Assembly (NCBI RefSeq): GCF_009914755.1
Contig: NC_060925.1
DNA length: 64,000 nt
Direction: 5' to 3' (one strand)
Source: the human T2T-CHM13v2.0 reference genome, Homo sapiens
A model generated the notes under the pieces. It did no database searches. It saw only the letters and a program-made list of their open reading frames with translations, and had not been told where the DNA came from. The position numbers and the translations under genes are program-made. This document shows positions 44,297-64,000 of this stretch, piece after piece; within the stretch, counting starts at the first letter, position 1, and every line of letters begins with the position of its first letter.

Positions 44297-44744
44297 GGAT
44301 TCAGAGAAGCTAGGATTCAGAGGAGCTAGGATTCAGAGGAGCTAGGATTCAGAGGAGCTAGGATTTAGGGGAGCTAGGATTCAGGGGAGCTAGGATTCAG
44401 AGGAGCTAGGATTCAGAGGAGCTAGGATTTAGGGGAGCTAGGATTCAGGGGAGCTAGGATTCAGAGGAGCTAGGATTCAGAGGAGCTAGGATTTAGGGGA
44501 GCTAGGATTCAGGGGAGCTAGGATTCAGAGGAGCTAGGATTCAGGGGAGCTAGGATTCAGAGGAGCTAGGATTTTGGGGAGCTAGGATTCAGAGGAGCTA
44601 GGATTCAGAGGAGCTAGGATTCAGGGGAGTTAGGATTCAGGGGAGCTAGGATTCCGGGGAGCTAGGATTCAGAGGAGCTAGGATTCAGGGGAGCTAGGAT
44701 TCAGGGGAGCTAGGATTCAGAGGAGTTAGGATTTTGGGGAGCTG
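44297..44744. repeat. Minisatellite/VNTR: 28 copies of 16-bp GGATTCAG(A/G)GGAGCTA
   Basis: Direct inspection; exact 16-bp periodicity. Confidence 0.97.
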
Positions 44745-46615
44745 GGGTATTGGGAAGCTCACCAGGCCAGGAATGAGGTCCAGATGAACATGGCAGAGAC
44801 CCAGCCCCAGTAGCTGGGTTGTGCTCCTCCTCTGGGCTCCCTCAGTTCCCTGAGCCTACCGCAAGCATCACACTTACCATCTTGTGCTAAAATGGTCAAA
44901 TGATGCCTCTGTGAGCCTCATGGATGGTGAGTTCCCAGGAGCCAGCACCATGTCTTAATTACCTGTGTGCCTTTGGTGCCTTGCAGAGTGCTTGACGCAT
45001 GGTAGATGCTCAGGAAGCCTGTGCTGAATGAACATGGGAATGGGTGTGGTGTCACCTGCATGTTGAACTAGAGCTGCTTGCTAAGAGCCAGCCTGGCCCG
45101 GAGCCTGGGCCTGCCAGCGAGCTGTGGGGCTGAGAGCCAGGCAGGCCCCGGGATCCGTGTTTCTCTGGCTGGGTTTCTCTGGATGATCATCATGGTCTTT
45201 CGAGGGATGAGGGCACAAGAAGGGGATCAATGGGGTTTAATCAATAATTAGATACAAATAAATTCACATGTGTGTTTAGGGGATTTGGCAAATGAGTGCA
45301 GCTTGCTCTAGCGTTTGATTCAATCCAAGTTGTCTTTCCCTAGAGGGCAATTTTCACACATGTTGCCACCCAGAAGAGTAATGTCACTTATGCCTCTTCC
45401 TCAGCTTTAAGTCAGAGTCCAGGGCCCCAGAGGGTTCATCTTGAAGTGTTGGTTTGTCACATGGCTCAAGAACACCTCAGAGTCCCATGTAGGGAGGAGC
45501 CGGAAGCGTCAGGAAGCAGGCTTCTGTTGGCTGCTCACTGCACAAGCAGGGCTGCTGGTGAAAGTGCATGCTGGGTGAGCAGATAAGATAAGGATACCTC
45601 AACCCTCTGTGAGGAAAAGGCTGTCCCAGGTGTCTGGGTGCAGTAAAAGGTCTGATGTTTGGCTGCAGAAAACCAGCCAAGTGAGAGCATTTGTGGAAAA
45701 AAATCATGAGAGGCTTAAACAGAAACACATCGGGCTTCCTTTTGCTCATGGCCACGAGTCGAAATTACCTACCCTGAGAATTCACGACATGGCACGAAGT
45801 AGACATCCTTGATGTTTGCATAGGAAGTGTCCTCATGGGTCACCAACCAGGAGTTACCTCTGCACACCTGGGCATCCCCAAAGATCTACAATGACCAGGA
45901 ACATGCGGCCAGCTCTGTCAGTTAGGTTCTCAGTTGCAAAGAGAATCCACATTCAGCTGGTTTAATTGTTGGAAGGACTAGAGAATAAGGCTGGACTCTA
46001 AGCTTCCAGCAACAATGTTCGGAGCCACCTCGGAGATGGGCTGATTCAGGGAGCTGGCTCCCTCGCTCCACTCACAGAGGCAAACAGGATGCCTCGCAGG
46101 GGTTTCTTCAGGGCGTGACTCAGAGCTAAACACAACCCAATCTTATGTCCAGCATATCAACGTGGATCTGGATGTATATTGTTTAACTTTGTTAAACCTA
46201 AACTAGAGAAGAAAAATATTTTGGCATTAAATGCGAGAGGAAAATAGAATCCATTGAATTCAAGTTCTAGAAAACCACACAGCCTGTTTATGAGCATTCT
46301 ACCAATGCTCTTTGCCAACAAGAGAAAAAATCCACAGCCCTGCACAGGGCTCAGTGATGTAACAAGAAGAAAGGAGCAAACCACCTTGGAAACTGCCTAA
46401 TTCTTAGTCTTTAAATGCACCCAGATGCTCCCTACTCACCACTCAGTCACCCAGGAGAACCTCCCAGGCTGGCTATGTCTATGCTAGCATCAGTTCCCTC
46501 ACTTCTCTCATCTCCCCTGGGTCTCTCCACCAGAGCTCTCAGGATCTGCCTTTGGCTTCTCTGTTTGGAGACCCACTTAACCAGTTTTCTTGAGCACATT
46601 GACCTCAGCTCTCTA

Positions 46616-47000
<385 letters not shown>

Positions 47001-47764
47001 AGAGAGAGAGAAATGCTCTGTCTCCAGCCTAGGCCCAAACCCCTACCAAGAGAAGAGGATTCAAACTTTCTGGGCCAATGTTCACATGGACTCAGCTCTG
47101 AGGTCCTAATGACCTCGGGGGCAGAACGTTCAAGGGAAGGAGGTAAACCAGATGTAAAAGAGTCAATGGCCAGGCTGACCCCACTGGATGCCAACCAGCA
47201 GTCAGTATCTCCGGGTTCTGAAAAACTTGGCTCAATCTGAGTCATTGCCATGTTCGGTGGGTGGGGCCTAGCATTTGGCATCTCCAGGCAGGAATCAAGT
47301 TCAGGTGGCTTCATGGGGCTGGACACAAAGGTTCAGCTGAAGAAGGTTATGGATTCTCAGCCAAGAAGACAGCAGCAGGGCCCACCCCTCAGGAAGGGGC
47401 TGGCAAAGCTGAGGCAACTTGGTTGGGCCCTAGTGCTACTCAGAGGGCTTAGAACAGCAAGAGAAGTGTAGACCAGACCCACATTCTGTGCTGCAGAAGG
47501 GCAGAAGCCTGTGGTGGGGAGGGAGGTTTGCAGGGCCTTCCACAGAATGAGACTGGGTTAGACTGGGACTGGGACAGACTGGAACTATTGCACGGGAAAG
47601 CCCTGGACAAACCAGATCATTATTCCAGTCTCTGTCTCAATGCTCCAGCCCACTGGCCATTCAGGTGACACAGAGGTGAGTCCCTAACCCTAATCCTAAC
47701 TCTTCCAGTTCACATTTGCTAGGAGATTTCATTCTGTTTGAGTGTCCAGTGTAGGTTTCCTCTT

Positions 47765-47935
<171 letters not shown>

Positions 47936-49806
47936 ACTGACTTCATGGATTTTGGACCTTGTAAGCTACCTCCCTTTTACCCTAAGTGTGGAAGAACTCG
48001 AAATCAAGTTTTCTTATGAGGAGACTTGTTAGAGTAGAATAAGGAAGATGAAATGTGTCAGGAAAGTATAGCGGAGATTAGCTGCCTGCCCCATAAGCCT
48101 GTCTCCTCTTATTCTTGGGAGAAACCTGGCCATATTTCCCAGCCTCTTTTGCAGTGAGATATGGCCTTGTGATTATATTCCAGCCAAAGGAATGTGAGTG
48201 GGAGAGACGAGGGCTATTCCCAGGACTAACCCAAGAAACCCTCCCATCTGAGACGTTCCACTCTCCATGGACCCTGTGTGAAGCATAGTCCCCCAGCAAG
48301 GCCAGCCCCAAGAGGCTACTGTGCCACTCAGTTTGATTGTTTCAGTGATGGATGGGAATTTGAAGCTGTCAGAGGTGGACAGGAGGCTATTAGGGGAGGG
48401 AATCTCAACTGCAGAGCACCTTCCGGCAGGGAAGCTGAGAGAGACAGGCGTGAAATCATCACTGTACTCTATTTGGGTTCCATCCAAAGAGGGTAAAGGG
48501 AACTGGCTAAGTAAGGAGGCCTCAGGAGCCCTGTTTGGCAGGAGCAGGGAGAGCCTCTGCTGGCTGGCGGTGTTGTCTTTATCTCACATGGTAGGTGCCC
48601 TGTGATGGTTGGTTGTGGGAAGAGTAGCAGTTTCCCCTGGGTCTCAGAAGGCCCTGGCAAGCATAGGCCTGTCATGGTGAACTTACAGAGAAGATCCTTC
48701 CACAATACATTTGCTCAGACTTTTCACTTGTCATTGGCTGTATTGAAATAGCCAGAGATTTACAATGATCTGTTCAGACTGTTATGTTTTGTTGCTGAAA
48801 TAGAGGTACCAGGAAGTTCATATGATAAAAACTGGATATAAATTTTCCAAAGAAACAACATAATAGGATTATGATTCCAGCCAAGGTCTGATACACTATG
48901 ATAAAAATGATCAGAAATTGCATAGTAATCAGTGTGCCAATGATAAAAGCTATTTCTACTCTGCTCGGAGTAAAGCTTTCCAAGGTGTCTATAAATCAGT
49001 CAAGTAGGATGACACAGGAATCAATCATATGAGATCTCTAAAAATGTCATGTAAGAGGATCTCATGTAAGATCGTCTCTGGCTGAGGGCAGCCACCCAGA
49101 TACTGCAGCCTGTTGGGATGTAAACAGCCAGGGCATCCTAAGTGTGAGTCGTCTAGGTCACATGTATTGAGCCGTGTCTGTTTGAGTTTGACTGGACAGC
49201 AAAGCCTGTGGGATTCTGGGTCTTTGTGAAATGTTCCACCCTAATCAAAGGACTTTAGAACATTGGGCCCCCAGTGGTCGAATAGGCCCCTCAGCACGCA
49301 TGATGTTCTCTTCATGTTCTCTGGGCCTTGACGCAGGGAGTGGCTGAGCCTGGACCTCATCATGGGCCAGACCCAGAATCACAAAATGCCAAACTCAGAG
49401 GCTTAAAACCATTTTAAAATTCCCCCCGACCCCAGCCTCCCCTCACAACACTGTATCCTTAAAACTGAAAAAAAAAAAGCAGGACCCTTGTAAAGAAAAT
49501 GAAACCCAAATGATATCAACTTGGAGAACAGAGACAGGTGGCTGCTTCTTTCTGTCTGTTGTGAATATTCCTTTTCCCCCAAACTCCGATGGAGCAGCAG
49601 TGGGCTCTATGCTGCTTGCCCTGGTACAGAGGGGTTTTGCCCTGAAGGGGGATTAGGAAAAGCGTGTCTGGCGTTCTTCAAGTAAGAACGTCCTATGGCT
49701 TACCTAGAACAAAGTCACACCACAGCAATACCAACACTGCAACACTGCTTCAACCTCGTTTCTCTTGCAGGTGCAAAAGCTTCTTAAAAGAATATGAGAA
49801 TCATTA

Positions 49807-50111
<305 letters not shown>

Positions 50112-51449
50112 TCAGTATTCAGGTTCGCCACGTGGATTCCCCCAGCCCCGCCAGAATATATCGATAAAACAATGGTGTACAATGTTTGAGAACATGAATA
50201 GTAAACGCTGTGAGAAGGCACAAGCCCAGAGCTGTGGCTCTGTAGTTAAAATTCTGCCCAAATGATAATACCATGTGTACTTGTGTATATATACATAGAT
50301 AATTTTTTACTTTATAATGCAGCTTTGCATTGAGACCCTGATTTCTCTTAGACCTTCTTTCCTAATAGATAGGCCAGTGGGCTCATGTGCTATGCTTGGC
50401 TAGAAGGCAGCTCATTTAACAACTGCTCAGCCAAGCAAGGGAAGCTCTACTGCAGGTCCAGGAGGCCCCCAAGCCAAAATTAGCAGAAGGAGGTGGGGCA
50501 CATTTTCACGGGGCTGGTGGATGTTGAGATGGAGTCAGTCATTTTCACTGTAATTCCCTTAGAGGAAGGGCATTCCTACCACGAGGCCATCAGATCTGAG
50601 AGGGCTGAATTAAAAGGTCCAAGGAAACTGAAAAGTTCCAGCCCCTCATTTATAAGTGGGGAAAGTGAAGCCTGGGAAGCTGGTGACCACCCCCAACTCC
50701 CTCTCCTTCCGCTGATGCAGTGGCAGACACATTCTCCTCTGGCTATGGTGGAGTAAGACCCACAGCTGTCACCAGTGTCAGGGCTGGGAAATCACCACCT
50801 AGGAAATGCATCAGAAGTGCTGCAGGTGGCTCCAGAAGTTCCAGTGGCCTCCAGGAAGGATAGTCCCAAGCAGGTGTGTGAAATGGGAGGGTAAGTGTGG
50901 TCAGTAGTGGCCTGCATGGGGATGTCATTCACATGCAATTTGCATTAGTTCCTGTACTCCTGTGCTGTCTGTCCTCAGATGTCCATGTTGGCCTTTTCTG
51001 TGCAACTAGCAGTTGAAATGAGAGGGAAGAAGGAAGTGAATGACCAGTGATAAGAGGAAAAGAGAAATCAATTTCACCAACCCAGATCCCCAGTGATTTT
51101 TTATCCCATGGGGTGCCATGTTCCTCTGACTGTCTACTTTAGCACAAACTATGGCTACCCGCAGAATGGCCTTTTCTTTAGTATTCTTCATTTGCCCGAA
51201 AAGCTTCTTATCTTTAGCTTCTTGTCCCAACCCTCTTCCCGGATGATAGAAGAACTAGGAAAAGAGAATTTTTAGGTGGGCAGGGGTCTGGGGGTGGTTG
51301 TGGGACAGGGGCAGTGTGAGGTCAGAGGCATCAGAAACCATCCTGCTGAGACTGGCTACCCCACCTCATACAGAGTAACCCAGGTTAAGTGAGACGGTGC
51401 ATGCACGTTGAACCAGAGAGACTTCATGGCATCCTCCAGCCCAAGGTGG

Positions 51450-51860
51450 CTTCCGGTCCGAGGTGGGGTCGGTTCGCGCGAGGAGCGCACAGCAGAGGAC
51501 ATGGGCTGTGCGCTCAGAGGAGGAGCTGGCTGTCCCTGGAGGACGTCCTTCTGAGTCAGTAGGTGAGTCCTGCTGCAGAAGGAGCCACTGCTTCTGACGC
51601 GTGCCTTGCACTTCGACCGTAGCAGGCCATGATCCTCCTCAGTGTGGACTTTCCTTCTGTTGCAAGAGGGAGGCCTGGTGGGACTCTGAAACCTGGCCTG
51701 AACCCCTCATCTCAGTGGCCGAAGCCCCCCAGGCCTGAAGCTGTGGTGACGCTCTGGACCACCATGTGGGTCCTGGCATTGTGACCTCAGCTGTTCCGTA
51801 CACAAAGGGGTGGTCACCCTGCCCTCACCTTGACCTGTAAGTTGCCTAGGACAGTGGCCT
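51450..51860 (+). promoter_or_regulatory. TEX35 proximal promoter
   Basis: Local CpG cluster (51450-51620), TGAGTCA at 51552-51558, half-CRE TGACG at 51595 and 51747, X-box-like GTTGCCTAGG at 51841, directly upstream of ATG 51912. Confidence 0.55.
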
Positions 51861-51911
51861 GGTCCCAGGGGCTGTTGTGGGGAGTTGAAGAACACCCTGG
51901 CCTCCTCCATC

Positions 51912-61163
<9,252 letters not shown>

Positions 61164-61352
61164 AGCTTAACTGCCAGCTTGAAATGAGAGTAAAGAAGAT
61201 ACAGAGCAAACAGTGTTTCAGAAACTGTCCTGCCCTGGGTGTGATTCTTTGGCTTCAATTTGAAGGACGAGGAATGATGGGATTTCATATTTTATTTCAC
61301 ACCAGTTCCTCCTTGTTTCATCTCTTTGCTAAGCTGGCTGCTTCTACCATCT

Positions 61353-61358
61353 AATAAA
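61353..61358 (+). terminator. Polyadenylation signal, TEX35
   Basis: AATAAA ~190 nt after the stop, followed by a T-rich tract. Confidence 0.75.
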
Positions 61359-61374
61359 TAATTGGCCAAGTTCT

Positions 61375-62165
61375 TTTTTTTTGGAATTTTATTATTATGG
61401 TTAATTTTGTGGGTTCATAGTAGGTGTATATATTTATGGGGTACATGAGATGTTTTGACAAAGTTATGCAAGGTGAAATAAGCATGCCATGGAGAATGGG
61501 GTATCCATCCCTTCAAGCATTTATCTTTGAGTTGCAAACAATCCAGTTACGCTCTAAGTTATTTGAAAATGTACAGTTATTGACTGTAGTCACCCTGTTG
61601 TGCTATCAAATGGTAGGTCTAATTTATTCTATTTTTTGTACCCCTTAACCATCCCTACCGGCCCCCAAGCCCCTGACTACCCTTCCCAGCCTCTGGTAAC
61701 CATCCTTCTACTCTATATCCATGAGTTTCATTGTTTTCATTTTTAGATCCCACAAATAAGTGAGAACATGCGATGTTTGTCTTTCTGTGCCCGGCTTATT
61801 TCACTAAACATAATGATTTCCAGTTCCATCCACATTGTTGCAAACGACAGGAGTTCATTCTTTTTATGGCTGAATAGAACTCAATTGTGTGTGTGTACGA
61901 TATTTTCCTCATTCATCTGTTGATGACACTTAGGTTGCTTCCGAATCCTGGCTATTGTGAACAGTGATGCAACAAATGTGAGAGTGCAGATATCTCTTCA
62001 ATATGCTGATTTTCTTTCTTGTAGGTATATACGCTGCAGTGGGACTGCTGGATCTATGGTAGCTCAATTTTTAGTTTTTTGAGGAACAACCTCCAAACTG
62101 TTCTCCATAGTGGCTGTACTAATTTACATTCCCACCAACAGTGTACAAAGATTCCCTTTTCTCCG
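61375..62165 (-). mobile_element. L1 3' end (L1PB/L1MA-like), antisense
   Basis: cccacaaataagtgagaacatgcg...ttcccaccaacagtgtaca L1 motifs; poly-T at start. Confidence 0.85.
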
Positions 62166-62410
62166 GGTCAAGTTCTTAATGGCTGCAAATTAATGAGCAA
62201 TGTATTTGGTGCTTCAGATAAATATTTAAAAAACAAAACTCAAAACACATGTAGGCCTTGTTTGCAAGGAGCTTATAGCTTTAAAGGTGAGATGGCAAAC
62301 ATGCAGAATAACAATATGGACCGTGTAGAAATAAGTACAATAATCATAAGCATGTGATGAAAGCAGAAATGGATCAGAAATAGGGAAAAGAAGAAGGGTG
62401 GGCAGAACTC

Positions 62411-62878
62411 TGTATTAGTTCCCTATTGCTGCTGTCACAGATCACCACAAATTTAATGACTTAAGACAACAAGAAATGGGCCTAAGATGGATCTTGTTGG
62501 GCTCAAATCAAGGTGCCAGCACAACTGCATTCCTTCTGGAAGCTCTAGGGGAAAATCTGCTTCCTGGCCTTTCCCCACTTCTGGAGGCCACCTGCCTTCC
62601 TTGGCTGATGGTCCCTCCCCATCTTCAAGGCCAGCAATGGCCATGGGATCTTTCTTGTGCCTCATCACTCTGACATTGACTCTTCTGCCTCTTGCTACCA
62701 CATTTAAGGACCCTTGTGATTACATTGAGCCCACCTGGGTAATCCAGAATAATCTTTTTATTTTAAGGTTAGCCAGTTAGCAACTCTAATTCCCCTTTTC
62801 CAGGTAACATAACATATTCACAGGCTCAGGGAGTTAGAACATGGACATCTTTGCAGGACATTATTCTACCCACCACAG
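62411..62878 (-). mobile_element. MaLR LTR (MLT1-type)
   Basis: tgtattagtt...ctattgctgct...attctacccaccaca. Confidence 0.7.
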
Positions 62879-62953
62879 GGGACTTCCCAGACCCTGTCCC
62901 TTGACTACCAAGCCTCCAAACACTTGGGAACACTGCACTATTCAGTTCTGTGC

Positions 62954-63495
62954 TGTGGTGGTTTTAAACTAGGCCCACAAATTCTTTGATACTCCTTTTA
63001 TACTCTTTCCTTCAAGAGGAACCCAGTTCCTCTCCTCTTAAGTGTGGGCTACACAGAGTGACTTGCTTCTAATGAATGGAACATAGCAGAAGTGATGTGT
63101 ATTACTTCTGAGGTTAAGTCGTAGAAGACATGGTGGCTTCCATCTTGCTCTCTCTTGGACACTCATTCTGAGTGAAGCCGGCTGCCATGTTGTAAGGACA
63201 CCCAAGCAATCCTGTGGAGAGGGCCACATGGCAAGAAACTGAGGCCTCCTGCCAATAGCCATTTGAGTGAGCCATTTGACCAGGAAGTGAATCCTCCAGC
63301 CCCAGTAGAGCCTTCAGATGATGGCAACCCTGGCTGACCTCTTGCCTGCAACTGCCTGAGAAGATCCTGAGCCAGAACCACTCGGTTAAGCTTCTCCTAG
63401 ACACCTGGCCTGCAGCAACCATGAAATAATAAATGCTTGTTGTTTTTAAGTTGCTAAGTCTTGAGGTAATTTGTTGTTACTTAGCAACAGATAAG
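62954..63495 (+). mobile_element. MaLR LTR (MLT1F/G-like)
   Basis: tgtggtgg...gccatgttgtaagg...aataaatgcttgttgtttttaag...agcaacagataa. Confidence 0.7.
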
Positions 63496-64000
63496 AATGT
63501 GTCTATCTCCTCTTCATTGTTTTAAAGACTTGAAACATTGAGATTTATATGGTTATGCACACAAATGTACAACTTGATGAACTTTTACATACAGATACAT
63601 GACTGGAATTGTTCTAGAACACTTCCATCCCCTCTTCCCAGCTCACATTTGCCCCATATCCAGGTTACCACTATTTTAATCTCTACCATTTTGTGTTATT
63701 TTGCCTGTTCTTAAAGTTGACATAAATGGGATAATATGTTATGTATTATTTTGCTCAAAATTGTACAACTCATGCATATTGTTTGTATATAGCAGTAATT
63801 CATTATTTTTTAACTGCCATGAAGTTTCTATCTTGTGTCTACCTCATAATCTATTTTTCTATTCTCCTGTTGGTAGTCCAGATTGTTCTTTAAAATAATC
63901 TAAGTAAAAGCCATTTTCCCAGTTGCCCTCTGTCCATTCTTCCCTATATTTGAACACTTTCCTTAGTCCACAGTGCCTGGTGGGTTACACTGCTTCCTCT

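Noticed and set aside
44297-44744. CRISPR-like array
   Set aside because: Contiguous tandem units without unique spacers, in a eukaryotic genome; it is a minisatellite.
51006-51230. 74-aa minus ORF with a hydrophobic C-terminus upstream of TEX35
   Set aside because: Non-ATG start, no family resemblance; hydrophobicity is explained by a T-rich strand.

Overview
Primate (almost certainly human) genomic DNA, rich in Alu/MIR/L2/L1/LTR repeats, containing three spliced protein-coding genes reconstructed from GT-AG boundaries and translation. (1) The last four coding exons and multi-kb 3'UTR of RASAL2 (+; SynGAP/DAB2IP-family RasGAP; stop at 11960-11962). (2) The complete 8-exon CLEC20A gene (-; ATG 35662, stop 18258; 1203 nt = 400 aa: signal peptide, two C-type lectin-like domains, S/T/P-rich linker, small C-terminal domain), converging tail-to-tail with RASAL2. 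(3) The complete 9-exon TEX35 CDS (+; 51912-61163; 702 nt = 233 aa). The most striking unexplained signal is in CLEC20A intron 5: a stop-free, phase-symmetric 678-nt mucin-like exon whose splice acceptor reads CGG instead of CAG. A second 66-nt exon-like segment with a broken acceptor lies nearby. Together they suggest CLEC20A was a much longer secreted lectin-mucin that lost its stalk through splice-site mutation. Also noted: a SynGAP-alpha1-like alternative reading frame in the RASAL2 last exon, candidate alternative C-terminal exons, a bidirectional poly(A) cassette, a 16-bp VNTR with higher-order structure, and LTRs next to the CLEC20A 5' end. Repeat subfamily calls and boundaries are by eye and approximate.
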